From Parcubacteria bacterium C7867-008 (GTDB taxonomy: Bacteria; Patescibacteriota; Minisyncoccia; Phycocordibacterales; Phycocordibacteraceae), in NCBI GenBank assembly GCA_001189215.1, contig LFCR01000004.1, forward strand, positions 249,635 to 313,634: a stretch of DNA of 64,000 nt. The letters are read 5' to 3'. The first letter of the stretch is position 1; each line of letters opens with the position of its first letter. A program made the translations under genes and the position numbers. Below, piece after piece: positions 45,422 through 54,878 of this stretch. The notes beneath the pieces were generated by a model. The model did no database searches. It had not been told where the DNA came from and saw only the letters and a list, made by a program, of their open reading frames with translations.

Positions 45422-46500
45422 AGGGCAATGTCGATTAGTGTTCCAAATGCTGGAAGACCAGGAATAGTGCTTCCGGAACTGTTAGCCGTGAGGCCATACT
45501 TCCAAAGAGTATCTCCAGTCGTAGAGTGTTGAATGAAGTAGAGTGCAGAACTTCCAAGCACGAGAGATGGGCTCTTCGCGTCTACATACGTGGCAATCTC
45601 TCGTACTCCTTGTGGTGTAAGCAGTCCAAGATGAGCTGTAGCTGTATCGGGAGTAACCCATGCCACCAGCGCTGCATCACGTGATACAGCTGGTGCTGGA
45701 TATGGCACCGGTGTTGCAATAACGTTTGGTGCATAGATCGAACTTACCCCATTATCAATGTTGTATTTAATGATTCCCTGTTCTGAGAACCACGCGACTT
45801 CAGAATCACTTATGAAGAAGGGTGAAAAGCCAGCACCTATGTAGCGTGGTGTTGTGGTTCCTTCTGATAGAAGCATCACACGCGTTGGAAATATGGCTTT
45901 GTTAGTATCGTGAGCAGTTTCAATACCCGCTCGACTCGCCTGTGCAAAAGCAACGCGCATACCATTCGGTGATATTGCTGCACTAGTTTTTACATCTTCT
46001 GAACCATACAGAAGCGTAGTGTCACCTCGTACTTCATAGATGTTTTCAGGTCCAAGTTGGATTGATGCTACGTGATTGCCACGGCGTGAAATAGATAGTG
46101 TTGAGAAAGTACTACCAAGACTTACCGGGGCATAGTTGCCATCGGTCATGCGGTAGAGCGTATTTACCTTATCTTGCTGGTAGAGGAAGAACCCATCTTT
46201 AAGATCTGCTGGCAGGAGACTCGCCGTTAGTGGTCGGAATAGATCCGGCATGTACGTAGCGAATATTATAATAATCGCAGTAAGCACGACTGCTATTGAG
46301 GCAATGATAAATGCCCATGTTGCAAAGCGATTCTTATGAGGCATCGAATGCAGTGGTACAGAATGGCTTGGGGTTTCTTCTTGCATATACCTAAAGCCTA
46401 CCACCATCTGAGCAGATGAAGATCGGGTCTGTGAATTAGTCCTCGTCTTCTGCAGCACCAACTCCCCCATTCGCTGCAGCAGTTTGCAGAGACTCAACAA
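45418..46500 (-). CDS. Membrane-anchored PD40/TolB-like beta-propeller protein A (start probably an internal Met near 46407)
   Basis: TM helix [22 protein letters not shown]40-type motif [14 protein letters not shown]. Its stop overlaps the start of Cys-rich A in ATGA. Confidence 0.6.
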   Translation of the reverse strand: MLSLCKLLQRMGELVLQKTRTNSQTRSSSAQMVVGFRYMQEETPSHSVPLHSMPHKNRFATWAFIIASIAVVLTAIIIIFATYMPDLFRPLTASLLPADLKDGFFLYQQDKVNTLYRMTDGNYAPVSLGSTFSTLSISRRGNHVASIQLGPENIYEVRGDTTLLYGSEDVKTSAAISPNGMRVAFAQASRAGIETAHDTNKAIFPTRVMLLSEGTTTPRYIGAGFSPFFISDSEVAWFSEQGIIKYNIDNGVSSIYAPNVIATPVPYPAPAVSRDAALVAWVTPDTATAHLGLLTPQGVREIATYVDAKSPSLVLGSSALYFIQHSTTGDTLWKYGLTANSSGSTIPGLPAFGTLIDIAL

Positions 46501-47392
46501 TTGAATCCAAGTTTCCGAGCATTATCTTTGGGAGATTGTGCCAAGACTCTTTTAGACGGTGGTCGGTAATACGGTCTTGAAGGAAGTTATAGGTACGAAT
46601 CTTCTCTGAGCGATCACCGGTTCCGATCTGTCCAGCTCGTAGTGCTGCGTGTTTCTTGGCCTCTTCTTCTTCATACAGTGTCTCAAGCTTTGCTGACAGA
46701 ATTTCCATAGCCTTGAGTCGGTTATTAAGCTGGGACCGCTCGCTGGTCGAACGTACGTCGATACCGGTTGGTTTGTGAATAAGACGGACTGCGGACTCTA
46801 CTTTGTTCACATTCTGCCCTCCTGCTCCACCCGAGCGAGAAAACTCCATTTCAATATCTGCTGGATTGATTTCAAACTTTGGCTTTGTACGTATAGGAAG
46901 TGAAGCGACTGAAGCAGTTGAGGTATGAATACGTCCAGACTTCTCGGTAAGAGGGACACGCTGTACGCGATGAACCCCCGTTTCATAACGAAGGGCTGCA
47001 TATGCCTCAGGACTTTCAATTTCAAGTGTCAGTTCATCTATGATTCGTACACGCCACCGCTTAGACTCTGCGTATTTCTGATACATCTCTTTCAGTTCCT
47101 GTGCGAAGAGTGTCGCCTCGTCACCGCCAGCGCCAGCACGGAACTCAAGTACCACTGCCTTAGGAATACTTTCCTCTTCTTTTTCTTTATCTAAAATATC
47201 TTCAATAGTTGAAAGAATTTCTTTCTGGCGTGCATCGATATGATCCTCATCTTCTGCAGCCATCTCAAGCAATACGGCATCCTCACCTGCTGCTTCACGA
47301 CCACTACTACGCTGCGCCTCAAGACGTTCGAATTCCTCCGCAAGATATGCGGTCTTATGATTGTTCTTGAATTCGGATGAGTATTCGATCAT
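46436..47392 (-). CDS. prfA: Peptide chain release factor 1 (compact)
   Basis: GGQ motif [24 protein letters not shown]. Tripeptide anticodon region [17 protein letters not shown] (PxT type, RF1-like). Confidence 0.8.
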   Translation of the reverse strand: MIEYSSEFKNNHKTAYLAEEFERLEAQRSSGREAAGEDAVLLEMAAEDEDHIDARQKEILSTIEDILDKEKEEESIPKAVVLEFRAGAGGDEATLFAQELKEMYQKYAESKRWRVRIIDELTLEIESPEAYAALRYETGVHRVQRVPLTEKSGRIHTSTASVASLPIRTKPKFEINPADIEMEFSRSGGAGGQNVNKVESAVRLIHKPTGIDVRSTSERSQLNNRLKAMEILSAKLETLYEEEEAKKHAALRAGQIGTGDRSEKIRTYNFLQDRITDHRLKESWHNLPKIMLGNLDSIVESLQTAAANGGVGAAEDED

Positions 47393-47462
47393 AGATATAT
47401 GGTAGCAAAATAAATATGAAAGAGAGGTCCTGTTTGAAACAGGACCTCTCTTTCATGCGTCG

Positions 47463-47717
47463 TTACTTAGCCTTTGCTGCCGCAGCACGCTGCTTGAAGC
47501 GTTCAACGCGACCAGTCTTGTCGAGGGAACGATCCTCACCAGTATAGAATGGGTGAGACTTGCTGGAGATTTCAACCACTACCTTAGGGTATTCCTTGCC
47601 CTCGTATGTACCGGTTTCGGTAGTACGGATGGTGGATCCAATAAGGAAAACCGCGCCCGAAGACATATCTTCGAACATCACAGTGCGGTAGCCCTCTGGG
47701 TGAATATCTTTCTTCAT
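47463..47717 (-). CDS. rpmE: 50S ribosomal protein L31
   Basis: MKKDIHPEGYRTVMFEDMSSGAVFLIGST...HPFYTG matches bL31. Confidence 0.88.
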   Translation of the reverse strand: MKKDIHPEGYRTVMFEDMSSGAVFLIGSTIRTTETGTYEGKEYPKVVVEISSKSHPFYTGEDRSLDKTGRVERFKQRAAAAKAK

Positions 47718-47734
47718 AGTGGAATGACTATATC

Positions 47735-47770
47735 AAACAGAACCGCGCCAGGCAATGCCTGGCGCGGTTC
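47735..47770 (-). terminator. Perfect palindromic hairpin between Cys-rich B and rpmE
   Basis: gaaccgcgccaggcaATGcctggcgcggttc, with U-rich tract following on the minus strand. Confidence 0.6.
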
Positions 47771-47782
47771 TGTACTAACTGC

Positions 47783-49144
47783 CTAGAATGGCGTGAACTT
47801 AGGGATGAGATTCACAATAATGGTTTCTGTTGCCCCTCCTTCGGCGCAGAGCACTGTATAGACTGACTGCTTAGTGATTGTTGGGGTCGTAATTGTTGCT
47901 GAGAGATTGCAAGAATTTGGTACCAGAATTTGACTCACACCCGGACCGGTGACCGTACAACCGAGATTGAGACCTGATCCAGTGATGGTAATGGTAGATG
48001 TACCACCAACCTGCACGCGAGATGGAGATGCCTTGATGGTTACTGTTGGACCTGTGCAAGACATAGGAGGTCCTCCTGAAGGAACCTCACACTCGTCGAT
48101 TGTTTTTGTACCGGATGCAGTACCTCCACAACCATCTGCGCAAGTATCACCTGCGCAAGTATTTGCCTTGCAGGAAAGGTCAGGTACACACCCAGGGACT
48201 GGATCACTACACGCTGGGTATGTACCAATCTGGCCAAAATCTTCACAGGTTGGTTCGGGCGGTTCTGGCGGAAGACCTGGGTCTGGATAGCAGAACGGAT
48301 ACGTGCCAAGAAGACCAAGATCAGCACAAGTCGGGGTTGGTGGTGCATGACACGGAGGCGGACCTATAAAACCCAAATCTTCACACGTATCAACTACTGG
48401 CGGTGGCACTATTGGACAGGTTGGATATGGGCCAGGTGATCCGTTTGTACACTCTGGCGGGACTGGTGGATCCACCGGGCATGACGGGTATGGGCCTGGT
48501 GAACCGTTTGGACAAACTGGTGGCTCTGTAGGCCCAACAGGACATTCTGGGTAAGGGCCAGGCGAACCATTACTACAAGGCGGGTAGTAACAAGCTGGAT
48601 AGGTACCAAGTTGCCCGTAATCTGCACAAGTGGGCGCATCGTAACATGCTGGGTATGTTCCTAGCTGTCCGCTGTCTGCACAGGTCGGTGTTGGAGGGAC
48701 GGGGCATAGTCCCCCATCAGGAGTAACAGCATCACAATTCCCATCGCAATCTATAGTGCCGGAACCTCTCATACCACAAGCATTTGCTCCTGAAGAACAA
48801 GAATTACCACTCGTTGAAACGCATGATGGTGGTGGCGTAGGCGAGCAATCTCCACTTGGAAGAGTGAAGAAACCAAAAGATTCGCAGGTTATTTTATCTA
48901 TACAACCCTGACTGTTAGAACATTCATACGCGCCACCAAACCAGGTACCACACACATCTACACAAAAATACTCTTGCCCAGGAGGACAAGGGAATGGAAC
49001 TGCAAAAGGACAAATTTCACCCACCTGTCCAACTGCGACTTTTGGAAGCACTGTATCTGAAAAGAGCCCTATCGCGAAAATAGCTGCAGCCAACACATAG
49101 ACAGCAATCGGACCATACGAACTAGTGTGCAACAGATTCTTCAT
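47783..49144 (-). CDS. Secreted Cys-rich PACP-repeat protein B (453 aa)
   Basis: N-terminal hydrophobic leader, repeats CTNGSPGPYPxCP and CADxGQLGTYPACY, conserved C-terminal domain ending LIPKFTPF. Confidence 0.7.
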   Translation of the reverse strand: MKNLLHTSSYGPIAVYVLAAAIFAIGLFSDTVLPKVAVGQVGEICPFAVPFPCPPGQEYFCVDVCGTWFGGAYECSNSQGCIDKITCESFGFFTLPSGDCSPTPPPSCVSTSGNSCSSGANACGMRGSGTIDCDGNCDAVTPDGGLCPVPPTPTCADSGQLGTYPACYDAPTCADYGQLGTYPACYYPPCSNGSPGPYPECPVGPTEPPVCPNGSPGPYPSCPVDPPVPPECTNGSPGPYPTCPIVPPPVVDTCEDLGFIGPPPCHAPPTPTCADLGLLGTYPFCYPDPGLPPEPPEPTCEDFGQIGTYPACSDPVPGCVPDLSCKANTCAGDTCADGCGGTASGTKTIDECEVPSGGPPMSCTGPTVTIKASPSRVQVGGTSTITITGSGLNLGCTVTGPGVSQILVPNSCNLSATITTPTITKQSVYTVLCAEGGATETIIVNLIPKFTPF

Positions 49145-49146
49145 AA

Positions 49147-50007
49147 TTACGGTAGTAAGGAGTTAACACCAAGAGACACCGGAATAGTTGTCACCTTTTC
49201 AACCACATCGCCCTCAACTGCATGTCGCCATATTTCAGGACCTTTAGGATTCTTACGAAGTTCGTATAAGTTTGTATTAGTAAGAATTGGATTAGTAAAT
49301 CGCTTAAAGGTGCGGAGATTCGTAAATGACGATGCACTTATTCGACTTAGGATAATATCGCCACCAATCTTATTGGACCACATAACAAGGGAGTGGTCTG
49401 GAGAGTACTGAACCTTAGAATCCAGCATAGATCCTTCTGGATATTTAAAGACGAGCTTTGCAGACTTTGTGGTGAGATCATACATAACAACACCTGCAAC
49501 GCTGAAATAACTTATGTGGGTGTTATCTACAAATACAGGAGCATAGCCGTGTGCAATTACCGCGCCCTCTGGATTCGATACGTTGCGCAACACAATATTC
49601 CAATCATTAGGTGAAATCTTCTTACCCGTAAATAACTGGGTTATTTGATCCGAAGGGGTTTTGTATGAAACTACAACATTTGCCCCATCTGGGGATGTAC
49701 TTTCTATAGCCGTGAGGGCACCTGTACCACTATCAGCTTTGAGACCAAGGTTCGAGAGATGGTATGACTTGCTATTTTTATTGTCCCCTACAAAGAAATG
49801 AACTGATCTTAGGTCTTGCGGTACGGAAAGAGCGAGTACTGCCCCATCAATAACTTTCGTAAATGGTTTGTAGAAGAAGTACGCGGCAACAGAGCACCCT
49901 AGAAGAAGTAGAACTAAACCAACAACAAAAACTGCTACAAGCAATTTACGTGATGGCTTTGCAGGAGAGGTAGGTATCTCGTAGGTCGGAGCGGTCACTT
50001 CATCCAT
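49147..50007 (-). CDS. Membrane-anchored PD40/TolB-like beta-propeller protein B (286 aa)
   Basis: TM LLVAVFVVGLVLLLLGCSVAAYFFY, motif VQYSPDHSLVMWSNK. Stop TAA, then TT, then the ATG of Cys-rich B (TAATTATG). Confidence 0.6.
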   Translation of the reverse strand: MDEVTAPTYEIPTSPAKPSRKLLVAVFVVGLVLLLLGCSVAAYFFYKPFTKVIDGAVLALSVPQDLRSVHFFVGDNKNSKSYHLSNLGLKADSGTGALTAIESTSPDGANVVVSYKTPSDQITQLFTGKKISPNDWNIVLRNVSNPEGAVIAHGYAPVFVDNTHISYFSVAGVVMYDLTTKSAKLVFKYPEGSMLDSKVQYSPDHSLVMWSNKIGGDIILSRISASSFTNLRTFKRFTNPILTNTNLYELRKNPKGPEIWRHAVEGDVVEKVTTIPVSLGVNSLLP

Positions 50008-50133
50008 AGACGTTTATAATTTCAACTATATCCTAATAATCAAACATACTCATTAGGTCATGGGGAGAACGCATAGACGCTTCCAACAAGCGTCATTTGC
50101 CTTACTAAGGAATTCGAATTGGCTTTACAAACC

Positions 50134-51663
50134 CTAGAAGGGGCTGAATGTTGGCAGAATATTTACAATTACCGTTGTGCTTGTCGGAGTCTCCGCACAC
50201 GTGACGGTGTAGGTAGATTGCTTGGTTATTGCAGGAGTCGTAATACTTGCTGCAATGTTACAGCTCGTCGGGGTAAGAACTTGAGTTACTCCTGGACCAG
50301 TTATGGTACAGGTCTGATTGAGTCCTGAGCCAGTAACCGTAATGGTTGTTGTGTTACCGGGACGGACTCGTGATGGTACTGCAGTTACAGAGACTGATGG
50401 ACTTGTACAGGCACCGCCACCAGGTGGCACTACACATACCCCATCGGTCTTAGTCCCTGACGCGAGTCCTCCGCAACCGTCTGCGCAGCTATATCCCACA
50501 CATGTATTTGCCTTGCACGAGAGATCAGGAACACAATCTGAAGGCGCATCGTAACAATACGGATAACTTCCAAGCTGACCAGAATCTGCACAGGTAGGGT
50601 CTGGTGTTGTAACTGGGCAGGTTGGATACGGACCAGGTGATCCGTTTGTACATGATGGCGGTGGAGCAACTGGGCATGAAGGATATGGACCAGATGACCC
50701 GTTACTACACGTTAATGGGCATGTTGGATACGGACCAGGTGATCCGTTTGTACATGAAGTGGGTTCGTCGTAATAACATGCGGGAAAGAGACCGAGCATA
50801 CCGAAATCAGCACATGTTGGAGGAGCAAAACATGCTGGATACGTTCCAAGTAAGCCGGAGTCAGCGCAGGTAGGAGGTAGCGGACAGGATGGGGCTGGGC
50901 CTGCTGAGCCGTTTGTACAACCGGGTGCAATTGGGCAACTAGGATATGGGCCTGCTGAACCATTTGCGCAGGGTGGGTCATAGCAGAATGGGTAGGTACC
51001 AAGCTGCCCAGAATCTGCACAAGTTGGTGCATCGTAACAAGCTGGGTACGTTCCTAGCTGTCCGCTGTCTGCACAGGTAGGAGGTAGCGGGCAGGATGGA
51101 TACGGGCCAGAAGAACCATTTGTACAGCTACAACTAGACTCTGGGGGAGCGCTCACAGAACATGAGCCACTGACGATAGTTCCTGTATTACTCATCCCGC
51201 AGGAGTTTGTTGCGGTACAAGATACTGAACAACTCATGGTTCCACTAACTGAACCTCCACAACCATCAGAGCAGGTGTCAGTAGTACAAGTACTTGCTGC
51301 ACATGAGGAAGATGGAGTACATGCAGGAGGTGTATATACACAGGCATACTCATGGGTGTAGTAGTATCCTGCATCTCCACTTCCACCTGCACACACAAGA
51401 TTGCTACATGTTCTACCAACATTAGCAGCATTACAGGAGAAACTACAATTCCCGGTGCTATGACACGGAGCAAAGGTCTCACCAAAATTCTCATCACTGT
51501 CTACGCCGCTCTCTGGGAACGTCATGACAAGTTCGTATGTGCCTGCTGCGTCTGCAGATTGTGTATGAGTGTAAGCAAAATAGACTATGACTGCTCCAGC
51601 GAACACCGCCAACACCAGTAGTAAGCTACTCCGAAGCCGTGGACTAAGTGCTTTCATATACAT
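50134..51663 (-). CDS. Secreted Cys-rich PACP-repeat protein C (509 aa)
   Basis: Leader MYMKALSPRLRSSLLLVLAVFAGAVIVYFA, the same repeat types, conserved C-terminal domain ending ILPTFSPF. Confidence 0.7.
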   Translation of the reverse strand: MYMKALSPRLRSSLLLVLAVFAGAVIVYFAYTHTQSADAAGTYELVMTFPESGVDSDENFGETFAPCHSTGNCSFSCNAANVGRTCSNLVCAGGSGDAGYYYTHEYACVYTPPACTPSSSCAASTCTTDTCSDGCGGSVSGTMSCSVSCTATNSCGMSNTGTIVSGSCSVSAPPESSCSCTNGSSGPYPSCPLPPTCADSGQLGTYPACYDAPTCADSGQLGTYPFCYDPPCANGSAGPYPSCPIAPGCTNGSAGPAPSCPLPPTCADSGLLGTYPACFAPPTCADFGMLGLFPACYYDEPTSCTNGSPGPYPTCPLTCSNGSSGPYPSCPVAPPPSCTNGSPGPYPTCPVTTPDPTCADSGQLGSYPYCYDAPSDCVPDLSCKANTCVGYSCADGCGGLASGTKTDGVCVVPPGGGACTSPSVSVTAVPSRVRPGNTTTITVTGSGLNQTCTITGPGVTQVLTPTSCNIAASITTPAITKQSTYTVTCAETPTSTTVIVNILPTFSPF

Positions 51664-51665
51664 AA

Positions 51666-52667
51666 TTATATGCTCCCTAGTAGAACTCTTCCTATACCAA
51701 GATTCCCCGGTAGGCGCCCAACACTAGCAGATTCCTGGCCAAAGGGCTGCTTAAACAATTCTGCATATCCGTGAGCAATACTAATTATGAAAAACCCATC
51801 ATTACCAAGTGCTAATGAGCGCATTGAACCAGAAATAGCTGTTGGTGGAAGTGGTTCTGCAGAATCTGTATTCACCTTATACGCAAGAAGTGTTTTTGAC
51901 CCCTTACCGTACCACGCAATAACTGAATGGTCGGGCGACACTAATGCGGTTGCGATAACTCGACCACCAACATCAGGCACCAACACCTTTGTGACGCCTG
52001 TAGTGAGGTCCATTACCGCAAGTCCTGCTGGCGCAATCCACGCTACATGTGTCTGATCTATAAAGAATGGTGATACCCCCTTGCCGAGATTTATGGTTGA
52101 ACGAGATGCTGGTTCATACATAATAATTTCCCAACGCTTACGATCGAGTGGAAGCAAAGCACCTTCTGCAGGAGAAATGAATGAAGAAATTTCAAGTGAT
52201 TGAGCAAACACGACTCGTGTGCCATCCGGTGAACGGCTAATGCCTATACGCGGGAATGAATCTTTGAATAAAACTTTCTCATCAAGTGATACTGAGAAAT
52301 TACCGCCACCGCTACGTGTTATCCGTGCTTCGCCGGCAGCAGTCTTCTCTGCTGAAACAAGTACCCCTTCAAGAGCCTCTGTTTCCCTAATTGCTTTATC
52401 AAAGCTATATAAGGTGGTTTTTGTTTGATCAGAATCAGCAATAAATGTTGCTCCTTTAAGTTCTGTGGGTATTTTTATTTGCCCAAGCAACGCGCCTATA
52501 TATCCTTTTAGTGGCGTAAATATAAATGCTGCTGCTACCAAGACCAAAATGAGCACTACGGCCCCAATAATTATTAGGTACCTGTTTTTATGAGAAGGTT
52601 CTTGCGCTAGTGGAGGCGTTAGAGATGAAAAATGAGTCGGTCCTACTCCATCTGATTGATCAGGCAT
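51666..52667 (-). CDS. Membrane-anchored PD40/TolB-like beta-propeller protein C (333 aa)
   Basis: TM YLIIIGAVVLILVLVAAAFIF, motifs SRSPDGTRVVFAQS and LVSPDHSVIAWYGK. Junction to Cys-rich C is again TAATTATG. Confidence 0.6.
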   Translation of the reverse strand: MPDQSDGVGPTHFSSLTPPLAQEPSHKNRYLIIIGAVVLILVLVAAAFIFTPLKGYIGALLGQIKIPTELKGATFIADSDQTKTTLYSFDKAIRETEALEGVLVSAEKTAAGEARITRSGGGNFSVSLDEKVLFKDSFPRIGISRSPDGTRVVFAQSLEISSFISPAEGALLPLDRKRWEIIMYEPASRSTINLGKGVSPFFIDQTHVAWIAPAGLAVMDLTTGVTKVLVPDVGGRVIATALVSPDHSVIAWYGKGSKTLLAYKVNTDSAEPLPPTAISGSMRSLALGNDGFFIISIAHGYAELFKQPFGQESASVGRLPGNLGIGRVLLGSI

Positions 52668-52728
52668 GTATATACTCTAGCATCTATTAAATACAGACTT
52701 TTATAAACAATTGTTGATACAGTACACA

Positions 52729-54168
52729 CTATCCACCGAGCGTATCTATGTCACTCTGGAACTGGTTAACAAATCCCATCACCCCATCACCGTAAAATGC
52801 ATAGGCTGGATTACCGGCATTACCCCATCCTGCAAAGTACCTGAGTGCTGCAAGACGTTCTGCGGAAGGTGTTTGAGCAGTTGCGCCGTTATCTGCCATA
52901 AGAAGTGCTGTTGCAGTGAAGGCATCAAGATTGTTCCAAGGGTTTGCTGGAGAATTTGGGTGTCCTGCAAGTTGCGCTACACGACTCTCATAGATAACCC
53001 ACGTAGAAGGAATAAATTGTCCTGGGCCCATTGCACCACCATATCCATAGGAAGGCGGACATGAGACAGGCTGGGTGTATGGGTCAATACCAAGCTTTGC
53101 GGTTATGGCGAGGAACGGATCAACATCGCGTGTCGGCTTCATCACTCCTGGAAATGGTGTGCCCGTATTCTTTCCCTTTCCATCGCCCTTTGCTGGAGAG
53201 TTAGTTAGGAGACACTGACCAACATTTTTACCTAGATCTGTTTCCTGCTTGAGGATGGCCAGAATAAGTGCGGGACGTACACCGGTTGCAGCACCGGCTT
53301 GTTTTGCAAGGGTAATAGCAACGGGAAGACTAATGGCTCCGTTTCCGCCAGCAAGTGCGAAGAGTTCTGCACGAATCTGTCCCGCGGTCTTTTGCTGTGC
53401 AGCGATAATACTTTGATAGGTTGCTTCCTGACTCTTCGTCTTGGCAAGCAGTACCTTCTTCTGATCTTGTTGATCCTTAATCTTCTGTTGTTCTGCTGCT
53501 TGAATCCCCTTCAAACGCTCAGTCTCTATCTTCTGGTCTTCCAATTGGGACTTCTCAGTTTCAGTCTGACTCTTGGTACGAGTAAGTTCCTTTGAAGATT
53601 CGCCAAGTTGTTGTTTAAGTACGGCGAAAGAATCCAGATCACCAAAGAAACTCGAAACATCCTCCGAAGAGAAGACCAGTTCAACAAGTGAGAAATCATC
53701 TACTTCTCGTGTCTTGCGAACAATCTGTGCAAGAGAGTCTCGCTCATCTGAGAGCCTACCTGTTAAGGTACCGATCGTACTGGCGTGAACCGTAATATTT
53801 TCACCTAGTGCCTGAATTTGGACCTGTGTTGCCTTTATTTGTAGTTGAGACTTCTTAATACCCGCATCAAGAATATTAATGTCTCGTTGAATAGATTGGT
53901 GCTCGCCATTCAATCCTGTGAGGACGGTCTGGGTCTGAGCAATTTGTCCTTCGATTGCATCGAGTTGTGATTGAAGTGCCGCACGACGTGCACCGATATC
54001 GGTTTCTTCTGCACGGGAATAGTATGGAGCAAGCGTACTCGCGAGAATGGCGAGCAGTAGAGCGCTTATAACGAGCGTTGACCAATAGCGTCGCAAGAAC
54101 ATGACCAAATCAGTGTACCACGGCATATATAAGAAAGAGACGCGCCATTGACGCGTCTCTTTCTTCAT
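52729..54168 (-). CDS. Membrane-anchored coiled-coil protein with C-terminal lysozyme-like / lytic-transglycosylase-like domain
   Basis: TM, about 250 aa of coiled coil (EnvC-like architecture), then ILKQETDLG...GGAMGPGQFIPSTW, resembling family-1 LT motifs (E-S...GLMQxMPxT). Confidence 0.45.
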   Translation of the reverse strand: MKKETRQWRVSFLYMPWYTDLVMFLRRYWSTLVISALLLAILASTLAPYYSRAEETDIGARRAALQSQLDAIEGQIAQTQTVLTGLNGEHQSIQRDINILDAGIKKSQLQIKATQVQIQALGENITVHASTIGTLTGRLSDERDSLAQIVRKTREVDDFSLVELVFSSEDVSSFFGDLDSFAVLKQQLGESSKELTRTKSQTETEKSQLEDQKIETERLKGIQAAEQQKIKDQQDQKKVLLAKTKSQEATYQSIIAAQQKTAGQIRAELFALAGGNGAISLPVAITLAKQAGAATGVRPALILAILKQETDLGKNVGQCLLTNSPAKGDGKGKNTGTPFPGVMKPTRDVDPFLAITAKLGIDPYTQPVSCPPSYGYGGAMGPGQFIPSTWVIYESRVAQLAGHPNSPANPWNNLDAFTATALLMADNGATAQTPSAERLAALRYFAGWGNAGNPAYAFYGDGVMGFVNQFQSDIDTLGG

Positions 54169-54180
54169 AAAACAACGAAA

Positions 54181-54819
54181 TTATTCTGCTGCTGCCTCTT
54201 CAGATTCGTCAGTCTTACCCTTCTGCTCTACTTCGATAGCATCCATATTAGGTGCTTCTGTAGTCTCTTCCTCCTCAGCAACGTGCTGAACGAGTACTAC
54301 AATTTCGTCAGCCTCAAGCTTAACCACAACACCTGTAGGGAATTTAATGTCACTTATGCGGATCTGATCACCAATGGTAGCAAGTGATGAAATATCAACT
54401 TCGATCTCGTTAGGAAGTTTTGAAGGATCTGCTTCAACTTCGATCTCATGGATAACCTTAACGAGACTAGCTCCCTCCTTAACCGCCTGAGACTCACCAA
54501 TGAATGAAATAGGTACGGCAACTTCAACCTTTGCACCCTTCTCGATTGCGTAGAAGTCTGCGTGGCGAGGTTCGTTAGTAATCGGATCACGACTTACCTC
54601 TTGTATAAGAGCCTGCATTGATGCGCCAATACCAGTGATGTCAACGACCACAGATTCACCGTTCTCACGGAGAATGCGCTTGAACTCACGGAGTGAGATG
54701 GTTACCGGAGTAGCCTCTTTCTTTGGCCCGTAGACTACGGCAGGCATACGGTCTTCGAGAAGCAGTGCCTTAACTGCCTTGCCGGTAATAGTGCGGGGTT
54801 CTGCTGCGAGCGTGTTCAT
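54181..54819 (-). CDS. rplY: 50S ribosomal protein L25 / general stress protein Ctc (ORF opens at 54858)
   Basis: Two-domain bL25/Ctc pattern (RTITGKAVKALLLEDRMPAVVYG...), acidic C-terminal tail. Confidence 0.85.
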   Translation of the reverse strand: MNTLAAEPRTITGKAVKALLLEDRMPAVVYGPKKEATPVTISLREFKRILRENGESVVVDITGIGASMQALIQEVSRDPITNEPRHADFYAIEKGAKVEVAVPISFIGESQAVKEGASLVKVIHEIEVEADPSKLPNEIEVDISSLATIGDQIRISDIKFPTGVVVKLEADEIVVLVQHVAEEEETTEAPNMDAIEVEQKGKTDESEEAAAE

Positions 54820-54878
54820 AGTAGGAGTCAGTATGCCTGAATACGCCACTAAATGCAAGAAACGGCCAGCTGGGGCCG

